Virus record (IMG/VR): IMGVR_UViG_3300009671_000009 | Coordinates: 64,001-128,000 of that record | From: a virus | Lineage: Duplodnaviria; Caudoviricetes | DNA: 64,000 bases | Reading direction: 5' to 3' (one strand) | In this document: positions 1 to 10,504 of the stretch, piece after piece | Position numbering within the stretch: position 1 is the first letter of the stretch | Layout of the letters: each line of letters begins with the position of its first letter | Made by a program: the position numbers and the translations under genes | The notes under the pieces: model-generated | The model's database searches: none | Seen by the model: only the letters and a program-made list of their open reading frames with translations | What the model was told of the DNA's origin: nothing

Positions 1-2827
1 CGCAGAAGGAATAATTGCTCTGTCAGCCTGTAGATCTGGCGAAATACCTGTAGCACTAGAAGAAGGAAGATGGAATGACGCAGTTCTATTAACGTATAAC
101 TACTCTAGAGCATTTGATGAATTTTATCTAGAAGTTGAAGCGTCGGATACCCCAGAGCAACTTAGTCTTAACAAATCAATTGTAGCTCTATCCGAGACTA
201 CGGGAATTCCAATCGTAGCAACTAATGATTCGCACTATCTTACAAAAGATGATGCTGAGATTCATGAAGTTTTATTAGCTATCCAGACCAACGGTAAAAT
301 GAGCGACCCTAATAGATTTAAGCTAGATAGCGATTGCTATTGGTTTAAAAGCGAAGAAGAAACTCGTGCATATCTTGCAATGTCGATGAAGGAAAATGAT
401 ATTGATACAGCGATAGCTAATACTCTCAAGATAGCAGAACAGTGCAATGTTGAACTAAATCTTGGTACTCCATTGTTCCCGAAAGTCGATATTCCAGAGG
501 GCTTCACTTACGAAGAATATTTAAAACTAGAATCAATTGCTGGTCTTGAAGACAAGATAGCCGAATTCGGGTTAGATCGTGACACGTATGAGGCAAGGCT
601 AAACTACGAACTTGACGTTGTATTAAACGCAGGCCTATCAAGCTACTTCCTAATGGTTCAGGATATTTATCGCCATGCTAAGGAAACTAATATTCCTTAT
701 GGGCCAGGTCGTGGTTCAGCTGCTGGATGCTTAATCTCATATTGTATTGGGATTACTTCTGTTGATCCGATCAAACATAACCTTTCATTCGAAAGGTTCT
801 GGTGTCCTGGTCGGGTAGGATTACCCGATATCGACTGTGACTTTGCACCAGACCGCAGGAAAGATTTGTTTCAGTATATTATAGATAAATACGGTATTGA
901 TCGCTGCGCCCATATAGCTACTTTTGGAACGCTGCATCCAAGAATGTTAGTGCGTGACATCTGTAGAGCTTTGGAGATCTCTCTAGAAGAAGCAGACGCA
1001 ATTGCCAAATCTATTCCAGAGATGATAACCGACAGTGATACTGGAGACAAAATCAACATCACTATTGATAATGCTCTCGAGGAGTCTGAAGAACTAGCTG
1101 CTTGGGCAGATAAATATCCATACTTATTTACAGTAGCTCGCAAACTTGAAAGGCTGCCTAGACATACGTCGGTACACGCCGCAGGCATCATCATAGCCCC
1201 TATCCAGTTGTTTGGTGTAATGCCTCTTATGAGAAACAAGGCAGCCGATGATCCGCTTCCTGTGTCGATGTTCGACATGGGAGATGTAGAGGAACTCGGA
1301 TTCGTAAAGATGGATTTACTTGGTGTTGACGCCTTACGAGTTATCTGGGACACAGTAATGGATGTTAAGTCCAATCACGGAACAAGCATCGATCTTACTA
1401 AGATAGACCTTGAGGATCCAAAAGTCTATCGAAATATATGCGAGCTTAAAAACTTTGGGGTATTCCAGATATCAACAAACGTTGGTAAAGGAATGGTCTC
1501 GCAAGTTCAGCCGTCCAACTTTAATGAGCTAGTTGACATTTTAGCACTAGCTCGCCCAGGCCCAATGAAATCAGGGCAGGACAGAGATTACGTTATGAGA
1601 AAGATAGGGATCCAAGAGGTTGCATATATCAATCCTCTACTTGAGCCTATCTTGAAGAAAAGTTATGGGGTTATGCTTTACCAAGAGCAACTCATGTCAA
1701 TTACCCGTGCGATGGCGGGATTCGATCATATGGGTGCAGACAAATATAGAAAAGCAGTAGCCAAGAAAAAAGCTGATTTAATGATCCCTTTGAAGGAAAA
1801 GTTTCTCCATGGTTGCGATGAACTTAAAACGCTCAGTACTGAGGTCGCAGAAGAACTATGGAACCAAATGGAACGTTATGGCGGCTATTGCTTTAATGAG
1901 TCCCACTCTGTCTCATATGCTTATATAACGTACTGGACTGCATGGTTAAAAACGTATTATCCAGTAGAATTTATGGCTGCTACTTTGACAAATGAGTTCC
2001 GAGGTAGCGGCAACGATAGAGAAGAAAAGATTTTGGAAGCAATGTTTGAATGTAGAAATATGGATATCAAAGTGCTTCCTCCAAACATAAACGAATCCAA
2101 GGATCGATTCCTGACCGTTGATAACAAAACGATTAGGTTCCCTCTCAATGGAGCCAAAGGAGTAGGCGAGTCTGCTATGGTTGCAATAATGGAAAACGCT
2201 CCATATGACTCGTTTGACGACTTCTTTGCAAGGGTTCCAAAGCGAAACTGCAACAAAAAAGTAGTACAGATTATGGTATTAGCGGGAGCATTCGATTCTT
2301 TGTTTCCAGATAGAGTAAAGCTCATGGAGCACTTCTTTGAACTTCGTAAAGAGGATTTCGATCCTGTAGTCAAGGTAGACCGAAACACTCAACTCAGAGT
2401 TCCTAAAGAGTACAACTTCACTGAGCGACTTGAATGGGAAAGGGTTATCCTAGGTGCTTATATCTCTGGTCATCCCCTCGATTGTTTGCAACTAGACAGC
2501 TGGAAATATAAGATGAAAGGAGCAACGGTTACTGTGGCTGGTAAAATCTATAGCCACCGCAAGGTCGAAATCAAGAAAGGCAAAAGCATTGGTAGAGAAA
2601 TGGCTATTGTCAATATCGATACCAAGGAGGGCCAGCTGACTATTGTGTTGTTTCCAGACCAGTTTGAAAAGTTTAAGGGAAAAATCCGTAAGAACTATAT
2701 CATTAAAGTTAAAGGCAAACTAGATGAGAGGAATGGCGAGAGACAAGTAATCGCCTCTGAGGTAACCTTACCAAGGATCCCTGGATTCGAAAAACCAAAA
2801 CAAATCTACGATAAAAATGTGGGGTAA
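1..2827 (+). CDS. dnaE: DNA polymerase III alpha subunit (5'-partial; frame is open from the window start)
   Basis: The upstream in-frame region reads IIALSAC..EI and VATNDSHY (PHP domain). Further motifs: GRGSAAG, PDIDCDF, SVHAAG, KMDLLG, FNESHS and a C-terminal OB fold. Confidence 0.97.
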   Translation, partial: AEGIIALSACRSGEIPVALEEGRWNDAVLLTYNYSRAFDEFYLEVEASDTPEQLSLNKSIVALSETTGIPIVATNDSHYLTKDDAEIHEVLLAIQTNGKMSDPNRFKLDSDCYWFKSEEETRAYLAMSMKENDIDTAIANTLKIAEQCNVELNLGTPLFPKVDIPEGFTYEEYLKLESIAGLEDKIAEFGLDRDTYEARLNYELDVVLNAGLSSYFLMVQDIYRHAKETNIPYGPGRGSAAGCLISYCIGITSVDPIKHNLSFERFWCPGRVGLPDIDCDFAPDRRKDLFQYIIDKYGIDRCAHIATFGTLHPRMLVRDICRALEISLEEADAIAKSIPEMITDSDTGDKINITIDNALEESEELAAWADKYPYLFTVARKLERLPRHTSVHAAGIIIAPIQLFGVMPLMRNKAADDPLPVSMFDMGDVEELGFVKMDLLGVDALRVIWDTVMDVKSNHGTSIDLTKIDLEDPKVYRNICELKNFGVFQISTNVGKGMVSQVQPSNFNELVDILALARPGPMKSGQDRDYVMRKIGIQEVAYINPLLEPILKKSYGVMLYQEQLMSITRAMAGFDHMGADKYRKAVAKKKADLMIPLKEKFLHGCDELKTLSTEVAEELWNQMERYGGYCFNESHSVSYAYITYWTAWLKTYYPVEFMAATLTNEFRGSGNDREEKILEAMFECRNMDIKVLPPNINESKDRFLTVDNKTIRFPLNGAKGVGESAMVAIMENAPYDSFDDFFARVPKRNCNKKVVQIMVLAGAFDSLFPDRVKLMEHFFELRKEDFDPVVKVDRNTQLRVPKEYNFTERLEWERVILGAYISGHPLDCLQLDSWKYKMKGATVTVAGKIYSHRKVEIKKGKSIGREMAIVNIDTKEGQLTIVLFPDQFEKFKGKIRKNYIIKVKGKLDERNGERQVIASEVTLPRIPGFEKPKQIYDKNVG

Positions 2828-2835
2828 CTATTTAA

Positions 2836-5800
2836 TTGAACAGTGTGTTAACTGAAAACGCTCTTGATCTGCTTCGCAAGCGTTACTTTAGGAAGGATCT
2901 TAATGAAACAACATGGTGTCAGCTTGCTGATAGAGTAGCAACTGCCGTCGCCGATGCGGAAACAGATGAACAACTTAAGAAATATTGGAGCGAAAAATTC
3001 TACAACATGATTTACAACCTGGAGTTCCTGCCCAGTACTCCATGTCTGATGAACGCCTATAAAGAATCTCCAGGGCAGTTAAGTTCATGCTTTATCTTGG
3101 ATGTCAAAGATAATATTGAAAGTATCTACGCCGTTAAAGGCGAGTGCGCCAAGATATTCCAAAAGAATGGCGGAGCAGGCCTAAACATGTCAGCGCTCCG
3201 ACCGTCTGGTTCGCAGGTTGAAACCTCTAAAGGTTATAGCTGTGGAGTAGTAGGATTCATGGAAGAATATGATCTTACAGCAGACATTGTAACCAGGAAC
3301 AATACCCGCAAGGGTGCAATGAAAGTTGATCTAAACGACTGGCACCCTGATATCTATGAGTTCATTCATGCTAAGGATGATATTACTAAGTTTAAATGCA
3401 TGAATATCTCAGTAAGCTTATCTGATAAATTCATGCAAGCAGTCCTTGGTAATCAAACCTGGGATCTCAAGTTCCCTGACTACTCCTGGAATAAAGAGAT
3501 TTATGATAACGAATGGTGCGGCGACCTTGATCTTTGGGAAGCCAAAGGATACCCTGTCAGGGTATACAAAACCGTTCTAGCTCGCAATCTCTATTTGGAG
3601 ATCATGGAAAGCGCTTGGAAAACTGGGGAACCAGGGGTTTCTTTTAGAGATGCCATGGATAGGGATAATCCAAACCCACATCTTGGCAAAATAAAAGGTA
3701 CTAATCCTTGTGCTGAATTTACATCTCAGCCCTACAATAGCTGTAACTTGGGAAGTATCAACTTATCCAAAGCTGGCAAGACCAAGGACGAAGTACTTGC
3801 ATGGCTTAAGGTAATGGTGCCGCAAGCTGTAAGATTTTTAGACAACATGATTACAGTTAATAAACTTCCGCTTGCAAAGATCGACAAGTTTACCAAGAGT
3901 GTACGAAGTGTAGGCATGGGGGTTATGGGATTTGCTCACCTGTTGTACAATCTAGGAATTCCGTATAACTCCAAAGAAGGATACGAATTTGCCGACAGAC
4001 TATTTGGATACATTCAAGATTTAGCAACACAGACATCTATTAAACTTGCAGAAGAAAAAGGCGTCTACGACGCATGGACTGGCAGCAATTATGACAAGAG
4101 CGGGATTAAAATCCGTAACAGTAATAGACTCTCGATTGCCCCAACTGGTAGCATCAGTTTTATTGTGAATACCAGTGGAGCAATGGAACCTGTTTTTAGT
4201 TTGGTTATGACCAGACGTACCAATGAAGGATATCTATATCACCAGGTTGACCCAGTGTTGGAATCAGAATTGAAGAAACGTGGACTATATTCTGAATCTC
4301 TACTGCAGAAGATAGCAGACAACTATGGCAGATGTACAGGAATTGCAGAGATACCTGAAGACATACAGAAAGTATTTGTAACAGCCTATGATGTGTCTCC
4401 AGCAGAGCACGTTAAGATGTTGTCTGTGATTCAGAAACACGTAGACTTGTCTGCTTCTAAGTGCGTTGCCAAAGGAACATTAATCCAAACGAACAAAGGA
4501 GTTTTCCCAATTGAAAAGCTTGGCGCTGCTCAAGGAGAAGATGTTTTTGGTGAAGCTCTTTCAGATCTAATGGTTCGAGATCAAAATGGCGATTGGAAAA
4601 AAGTATTAAACCATTATTCTGGTGGCATTAAACCAACCAAGAAAGTTTATCTCGATAACGGACAGGTGTTAGAAGGAACTCATGTTCACAGGATCATGAC
4701 TCGTTCTGGATGGAAGAAACTTTCCGATCTAGCCCAGGGAGATTTGATCAAATGTCGTTTTGCTGATTATAGTCTCGGCGATAGAAAAGGAAGCTTATTA
4801 ATTCAGTTTGAACATGAACTAAACACTAGTGCTAAAGATATAAAGTTCCCAACTGCAATGAGTGAATCTTTAGCGTTGTGGCTGGGAATGTTGGCAGCAG
4901 ACGGTTCGAGTACCGAAAGTTCTGGAGCAGTAGTTCTTACTTGTGCTAATGATGAGGTAGAAAAGCTCTTTTCGTCATTAACATATAAATTATTTGGGCA
5001 ACTGACAAGTGTCGAGTATGATCGGAGAACTGATACAACAAGAGCTTGTAAGTTAACTTCTAGAAATCTTGTAAGATTTGTTCAATCTTTGATAGGAAAA
5101 GGTTGCCGCGATAAGCATATACCAGAGCAGATTTTAAATGGATCTGTGGCCGAGCAAAAAGCTTTCTTGAGAGGACTAACACTTGACGGATACGTTGCGA
5201 AGAGATCTCACAGAAATGAACTTGTAATATACGAGGGATATTCTGAAATCTTATGCGACCAAGCCTTATCGCTATGCTATTTATTAGGAATGGCTCCATA
5301 TAAAAGTACCAAAAAAGTTCCTAGTGGTAGATTGAGCAAGAAAACTTTTGGCTTACATGTTGATTGTAGCTTAATTGAACCACTTGAGACTCATAAACAA
5401 TGTAGATGTGAACCGAAAGACCGAATCGTTGATATTCCAGAGAAACTTAAGATAATTAAGGTATCTGCCAAACATCCAAAATATAATACTTTAAGAACTC
5501 TTAGGCGCAGAAGTTTCACTACAACTGTGGATTCTGTTCTTAATGATTTTGAAGTCGCATACGATATAGATGCTTACTATGTAACTGTCAAATCGGTTGA
5601 AGATGGAGTAGCCGAGGTATATGATATCGAGGTAGAAGATACTCATTCTTACTTGGTTAATGGGATCGTATCTCATAATACAGTCAATCTTCCTAACTCA
5701 GCTACTGTTCAGGACGTAATGGATGTTTACATCGACGCCTGGAAGCAAGGCATTAAAGGAATTACAATCTACCGTGATGGTTGCCGTGACAACCAAGTCC

Positions 5801-6411
5801 TCACCGTAGGAAGTAAGAAGCAAGAGGAAGATCAAAAGGTAACACTAACAACAGATGGTTATGTAGGTGTTGAACCAGCAATGGAAGTAGCCTACGGCAA
5901 GCGCATCAAAGTCAAAACAGGATGTGGACATCTCTGGTTGTTCTTCTTCGTAGATGCAAAACATAACCTAGCTGAGATCTGGTCTCAGGTATCTGGAGGA
6001 GGGTGTAAGGCTAACATTGAAAGCATGAGCAGACTCGTAAGCCTTGCGTTCAGAGCAGGCATAGATCCGAAACATATCCTTGATCAGTTGTCAAGTGCAT
6101 TTTGTAAAACATCAATGGATAATGTAGGATCGAAATCATGTGGACATGTAATAGCCAAACAGATTAGAGAGTTCCTAGATAGCAATGAAACGATCATTCC
6201 TGTTGATAAAAATTTAGTTGATGTAGTAGAAAATCTATTGTATGACATACATCCAGATCCAGAAATTGAAGAGTCTGTGGTGTTCTTCAATGATGAAGAG
6301 CTAGCAGTTGCAGCCTGTTCTACTCAACTAGATCAAGAGGAATGCGACCACGTGTTTGACGGTCAAGGTTGTCAAACGTGTATAAAATGTGGTTATAATA
6401 AGTGTAGTTAA
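2836..6411 (+). CDS. nrdJ: Class II (adenosylcobalamin) ribonucleotide reductase with intein and C-terminal TSCPD-like domain
   Basis: FLPSTP, LSSCF, GEPG, TNPCAE, CNLGSINL, IAPTGSIS, KGITIYRDG motifs and a C-terminal CxxC-G-Y-x-x-C. No R2 gene is adjacent. Confidence 0.93.
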   Translation: MNSVLTENALDLLRKRYFRKDLNETTWCQLADRVATAVADAETDEQLKKYWSEKFYNMIYNLEFLPSTPCLMNAYKESPGQLSSCFILDVKDNIESIYAVKGECAKIFQKNGGAGLNMSALRPSGSQVETSKGYSCGVVGFMEEYDLTADIVTRNNTRKGAMKVDLNDWHPDIYEFIHAKDDITKFKCMNISVSLSDKFMQAVLGNQTWDLKFPDYSWNKEIYDNEWCGDLDLWEAKGYPVRVYKTVLARNLYLEIMESAWKTGEPGVSFRDAMDRDNPNPHLGKIKGTNPCAEFTSQPYNSCNLGSINLSKAGKTKDEVLAWLKVMVPQAVRFLDNMITVNKLPLAKIDKFTKSVRSVGMGVMGFAHLLYNLGIPYNSKEGYEFADRLFGYIQDLATQTSIKLAEEKGVYDAWTGSNYDKSGIKIRNSNRLSIAPTGSISFIVNTSGAMEPVFSLVMTRRTNEGYLYHQVDPVLESELKKRGLYSESLLQKIADNYGRCTGIAEIPEDIQKVFVTAYDVSPAEHVKMLSVIQKHVDLSASKCVAKGTLIQTNKGVFPIEKLGAAQGEDVFGEALSDLMVRDQNGDWKKVLNHYSGGIKPTKKVYLDNGQVLEGTHVHRIMTRSGWKKLSDLAQGDLIKCRFADYSLGDRKGSLLIQFEHELNTSAKDIKFPTAMSESLALWLGMLAADGSSTESSGAVVLTCANDEVEKLFSSLTYKLFGQLTSVEYDRRTDTTRACKLTSRNLVRFVQSLIGKGCRDKHIPEQILNGSVAEQKAFLRGLTLDGYVAKRSHRNELVIYEGYSEILCDQALSLCYLLGMAPYKSTKKVPSGRLSKKTFGLHVDCSLIEPLETHKQCRCEPKDRIVDIPEKLKIIKVSAKHPKYNTLRTLRRRSFTTTVDSVLNDFEVAYDIDAYYVTVKSVEDGVAEVYDIEVEDTHSYLVNGIVSHNTVNLPNSATVQDVMDVYIDAWKQGIKGITIYRDGCRDNQVLTVGSKKQEEDQKVTLTTDGYVGVEPAMEVAYGKRIKVKTGCGHLWLFFFVDAKHNLAEIWSQVSGGGCKANIESMSRLVSLAFRAGIDPKHILDQLSSAFCKTSMDNVGSKSCGHVIAKQIREFLDSNETIIPVDKNLVDVVENLLYDIHPDPEIEESVVFFNDEELAVAACSTQLDQEECDHVFDGQGCQTCIKCGYNKCS
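4462..5679 (+). mobile_element. Intein (406 aa) with LAGLIDADG homing endonuclease inside nrdJ
   Basis: In-frame insertion SASK|CVAKGT...VYDIEVEDTHSYLVNGIVSHN|TVNLP. LAGLIDADG-like blocks WLGMLAADG and FLRGLTLDG. Confidence 0.95.
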
Positions 6412-6412
6412 T

Positions 6413-6463
6413 AAGAGGGGGAGAAATCTCCCTCTTGACTTTTGTAACAAATAATGATAGAAT
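6413..6463 (+). promoter_or_regulatory. Terminator-like hairpin overlapping a sigma70-type promoter for ssb
   Basis: Hairpin AAGAGGGGGA-GAAA-TCTCCCTCTT, then TTGACT-17 nt-TAGAAT (6435-6463). Confidence 0.6.
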
Positions 6464-6500
6464 TAATAAGAGATGGAAATCTATCCAAGGAGAAGTAAAT

Positions 6501-6893
6501 ATGAATAATAACAATTTCATTGGTAGAGTTGCCAACGATCCTATATTCGGCAAAACTAAAACAGGAACTAGCTTCTTGAAATTCAGTCTTGCCGTTGACC
6601 GTCCCGAGAATAGAGACGTCACAGACTTTATGGACGTTATCTTATGGGCAGGCCTCGCAGACTCTGCACAAAAGTACCTACGGAAAGGCCGACTTATCTA
6701 TGTTGGAGGAAGATGGCTCTCTGATAAGTACGAGAAAGATGGAATTACCAGGAAAACCTGGACTCTACACGGACGTGATCTGCAGTACTTAGACAAAGGA
6801 GGAGCAGTAAAGGAAAGTAATATGGAGCCAGCAATGGCAAACAGCTCTCCTGAAACTGACGTAGATCCGTTCAGTCCGTGGGCAGACAACTAA
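6501..6893 (+). CDS. ssb: Single-stranded DNA-binding protein
   Basis: NNFIGRV..DP, FSLAVDR, KYLRKG and an acidic tail. AGGAG SD precedes ATG 6501, so the ORF-track start at 6435 is too long. Confidence 0.92.
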   Translation: MNNNNFIGRVANDPIFGKTKTGTSFLKFSLAVDRPENRDVTDFMDVILWAGLADSAQKYLRKGRLIYVGGRWLSDKYEKDGITRKTWTLHGRDLQYLDKGGAVKESNMEPAMANSSPETDVDPFSPWADN

Positions 6894-6907
6894 GCAAGGA
6901 GGACAGC

Positions 6908-7447
6908 ATGCTTTTAGAAGATCATGAGTACCTTGGAGTCTACTATGATTCAGAGAAAAGAAAAATCTTATTAGTGGGAGATTTCAACGACCGCAACACT
7001 AAGGAAATTGTTTGGGCCTTGCAAGAAATGGAATCTATCGAAAAACGAGATCCGATTGACATGTACATAAACAGCAACGGTGGCAACGTCGATAGCTTCC
7101 TGGCAATCTACGATACAATGCAGGATCTTGAATGCGATGTCAATACTATAGGTATAGGTAAGGTTTACTCAGCAGGGGCGTATTTATTATTATCAGGAAC
7201 AGGTAAGCGTTGTGCTTACACAAACGCACTTATAATGTTACATGAATTATCCGACGTCAACTGTGGTAAAGTTACCGACATGCGTATCTATCAAAACTTC
7301 AATGATAGAGTTCAAGAGAAACTTAATCTAATCGTAGCCAGCCACACAGGTCAGTCGCCAGAAAAAGTAGCAGCTGATATAAAAAGGGATTTATGGCTAA
7401 TGGCCGAAGAAGCAAAAGATTACGGAATTATTGATGAAATTATTTAA
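6908..7447 (+). CDS. clpP: ClpP-family peptidase (divergent copy)
   Basis: YINSNGG, VYSAGA (catalytic Ser), MLHE, RDLWL..EEAKDYGIID. Confidence 0.88.
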   Translation: MLLEDHEYLGVYYDSEKRKILLVGDFNDRNTKEIVWALQEMESIEKRDPIDMYINSNGGNVDSFLAIYDTMQDLECDVNTIGIGKVYSAGAYLLLSGTGKRCAYTNALIMLHELSDVNCGKVTDMRIYQNFNDRVQEKLNLIVASHTGQSPEKVAADIKRDLWLMAEEAKDYGIIDEII

Positions 7448-7477
7448 TTCAGGAAACAATAACAAGGGTGGTTAAAT

Positions 7478-7696
7478 TTGGATGAAGTAGAAGAAATTAT
7501 AAGCGAATTTCGTAAGCTGATTATTAGCCTATATTTTGTTCATCCAGACTCGGACGATATCGCAGCTAAAAAAAGGATTATCGACACCTTACTTGACTTA
7601 ATTAAAGATGAACTAGTAGACAGTTTCAGCTATGAAGAAGGAACTCTAATACTTAAGAACTATATTGTGGATAAGGTGGAAGAACTATTTGGCTAA
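7478..7696 (+). CDS. Hypothetical protein
   Basis: ORF fills the gap between clpP and recA. Confidence 0.6.
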   Translation: MDEVEEIISEFRKLIISLYFVHPDSDDIAAKKRIIDTLLDLIKDELVDSFSYEEGTLILKNYIVDKVEELFG

Positions 7697-8780
7697 AAAG
7701 TCACCAGCAAAAACAAATACTGCCATAAATGGCAATGATAAACTTAAAGCTGCACTCAAGGAGCTAGAATCGAAATACGGAGTAGGAGCAGTTCGTAGAT
7801 ATGGGGATTGCCCAACACAAATTGAACGTACCTCCTCGGGCATTCTCTCTTTAGACCTAGCTTTAGGTGGAGGTTATCCCAGAGGTAGTATTGTAGAAAT
7901 ATTTGGCCCACAAATGGGAGGAAAAACCGTAATAGGTACTTATGGATGTATTGAAATCCAGAAGACAGGTAAGATGGTAGGTCTTTGTGATTTAGAAAAC
8001 ACATTCAATCCTCCAGTGGCAGCAAGAAACGGAATGGATATTGACAATCTGTTTATTGCAAACCCAGAGACAGGAGAACAAGCATTTTCAATCACAGAAG
8101 CATTAGCAAATTCTGGTTCATTTGGCGGCATACTCTTTGATAGTGTAGCTGCAGCTGAACCTGCGCAGGATGCAGCTGGAGAAATGGGTGCCCCCTCTAT
8201 GGGATTACAAGCAAGAATGATGAGCCAGTGTTTGCGACGGCTAAATCCTGTGCTGGCTAAGAATAAATGCACTACATTCTTCATCAACCAAATTCGTGAA
8301 AAGATTGTTATGATGGGGAATCCCGAGATAACTGCAGGAGGAAGAGCATTGCCTTTCTATTCAGCAGTTAGACTCAGTGTTAGAGTTGCGTCATATATCA
8401 ACGCCCTTGGGGTTGAGATTAAAACCCAAGAAGGGGCAATTGGTCACAGAATAAAAGTAAGAGTGATCAAGAACAAGTACTCTCCGCCATTCAAAGAAGC
8501 TGAGTTCAATCTGATCTACGGAGTAGGGATTGACCTTGATGCAGATCTACTCAATGTAGCTACACAGCTAGGAGTAATCAACAGAGCTGGAGGATGGTAC
8601 TCTTACGGGAAACTTAAAGAACAAGGAATTACTAAAATCGTTGACGCAATATACCGCGAAAACTTGTTTGAAGAAATTAAAGAGCAAACTCTTGCCACAA
8701 TTAAAGATATTGGAGGCAGCCAGATTGAATCAGACGAAACGGTGGCTGATGATTCAGAGTTTGATTCAGAAGAGACTTGA
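7689..8780 (+). CDS. recA: RecA recombinase
   Basis: SSGILSLDLALGGGYPRGSIVEIFGP..GGKT, DSVAA, QARMMSQ, FINQIREK, GGRALPFYS. Start taken as TTG 7689. Confidence 0.97.
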   Translation: MAKKSPAKTNTAINGNDKLKAALKELESKYGVGAVRRYGDCPTQIERTSSGILSLDLALGGGYPRGSIVEIFGPQMGGKTVIGTYGCIEIQKTGKMVGLCDLENTFNPPVAARNGMDIDNLFIANPETGEQAFSITEALANSGSFGGILFDSVAAAEPAQDAAGEMGAPSMGLQARMMSQCLRRLNPVLAKNKCTTFFINQIREKIVMMGNPEITAGGRALPFYSAVRLSVRVASYINALGVEIKTQEGAIGHRIKVRVIKNKYSPPFKEAEFNLIYGVGIDLDADLLNVATQLGVINRAGGWYSYGKLKEQGITKIVDAIYRENLFEEIKEQTLATIKDIGGSQIESDETVADDSEFDSEET

Positions 8781-9144
8781 GTTTTTAGAAAAAACAGCAG
8801 GATATCTTCCCTCTAACTTTGGCAGAATGATACGAAATCCTTTGTTAAAAGGGCAAGATATTTCTGCTGTTATTAAATTCTCAATAGGCTACGTAGAAAG
8901 ATCTTGGATAATGTGGCAGGAAGCCGCAAAAAGATCAAAAGCAACCAATCGGGAAAAAGCTCTCTTCCGCGCTGCTACTGTATACGTGTTGGATATGGTA
9001 ACCGATGCTATGGACGCCGAAGACAATAGTCCATCAGATATGTGTTACGCAATTCTTCTGAAGCAGTGCCTACTAGATATTCTATCTGTAATAGATAGCC
9101 TAGACCTTTCTAAAACGGAGAGTAAAGATGACGCAGAATCTTAA
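8749..9144 (+). CDS. Hypothetical protein
   Basis: ORF overlaps the end of recA and the start of uvrD; start is uncertain. Confidence 0.55.
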   Translation: MIQSLIQKRLEFLEKTAGYLPSNFGRMIRNPLLKGQDISAVIKFSIGYVERSWIMWQEAAKRSKATNREKALFRAATVYVLDMVTDAMDAEDNSPSDMCYAILLKQCLLDILSVIDSLDLSKTESKDDAES

Positions 9145-10495
9145 TTCAACACAAGAAGCAGCTGTTAACATAAAAGAAGGGCCAGTGCTAGTATCGGCAC
9201 CTCCAGGGTCAGGAAAATCAAGAATTATAGTACACAGAGTAGCGAGACTAATAGAATCAGATTCAGATCCAGAGAAAATAATGGTGGCTACCTTTACCAG
9301 AAAGGCAGCTACAGAACTTAAAGAGAGAGTAAGCAAAATGGTAGGTTCCGACTTGAAAAAAATGTCTTGCGGAACCTTTCATAGTATATGCTTGAATCTA
9401 CTTAAAAACTTTTCAGACCGCGACTGGCAAGTAATTACTGAAGCCAAGGCGCGAGATGCCGTGTCCATAGGATTAGCACAAGAATGCTTAGACGTTAAGA
9501 CACGAGATATCTTGTTAGATATTTCATATCTGAAGGCTTGGATGATAAGTCCATACGAGGCAATGCTTAGAGCAAAAACCCCTGTGGAAAAGAAGCTTGC
9601 CAAGGTTTATCTAAATTACGAAAATATTCTACAGGAAAACAACTATTTAGATTTTGACAATATTATTATAGAGACTCTTCGGTTGTTTAACAATTATAAA
9701 AACCGCAAGCAAGTCCAAGGAATGTTTGAACATGTAATGGTAGATGAATATCAAGATGTTAATAAGCTACAAGGGGTATTGCTCAGTACTATATCTGAAA
9801 AAAGTAAAAGCGTATTCGCTGTTGGTGATGCATCTCAGGCAATCTACGGATTTATGGGGGCTAACCTAAATGAATTCAGAACATTTCCAACCAGGTATAG
9901 TGGCTGTAAACCAGTATTCCTTGATCTCAACTACCGCTCAAACAAAAATATAGTAGATGTATCTAATTCATTAGTGGTTGGAAGAACATCTAGTTTAATG
10001 AAATCTTTCAATGAGGATGCAGGAGAAAGAATAAAGGTATGCATTGCTGACTCTGTTGAAGACGAGGCATACAAACTAGGAAAGATTATCCCACAGTTAA
10101 GCGGCATCACAGCTATACTTGTCAGAGCAGCTTGGCAACTTCCTCCAATCTTATCAGTACTAGATAAAGCTAAAATAAGATATCGGGTCTTAAGCGATAG
10201 TTCCAGATCAGTTGAGGAAGATGCAGAAAACTATGGAGTCAATGTCTATGTATTGACAATGCATGCCGCAAAAGGACTAGAATTCGATAACGTTATTGTA
10301 GTTGGCCTTGAGGAAGATGTGCTTCCGTATAAAGACGCACTAGACATTGAGGAAGAAAGAAGACTTTTTTATGTTGCAATGACGAGGGCAAAACATAATC
10401 TTTTCATATTTGCATGTGTCAACAGAAATGGAAGAATTTCAAGATTGTCTAGATTTCTTTACGAACTTCCTCGTAATTTAATCGAAAAGATATAG
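9128..10495 (+). CDS. UvrD/PcrA-family SF1 helicase (short, 455 aa)
   Basis: APPGSGKS, TFTRKAA, GTFHS, VDEYQD, VGDASQAIYGF, NYRS, TMHAAKGLEF, EERRLFYVAMTRAK. Confidence 0.93.
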   Translation: MTQNLNSTQEAAVNIKEGPVLVSAPPGSGKSRIIVHRVARLIESDSDPEKIMVATFTRKAATELKERVSKMVGSDLKKMSCGTFHSICLNLLKNFSDRDWQVITEAKARDAVSIGLAQECLDVKTRDILLDISYLKAWMISPYEAMLRAKTPVEKKLAKVYLNYENILQENNYLDFDNIIIETLRLFNNYKNRKQVQGMFEHVMVDEYQDVNKLQGVLLSTISEKSKSVFAVGDASQAIYGFMGANLNEFRTFPTRYSGCKPVFLDLNYRSNKNIVDVSNSLVVGRTSSLMKSFNEDAGERIKVCIADSVEDEAYKLGKIIPQLSGITAILVRAAWQLPPILSVLDKAKIRYRVLSDSSRSVEEDAENYGVNVYVLTMHAAKGLEFDNVIVVGLEEDVLPYKDALDIEEERRLFYVAMTRAKHNLFIFACVNRNGRISRLSRFLYELPRNLIEKI

Positions 10496-10504
10496 GAGGT
10501 CATA

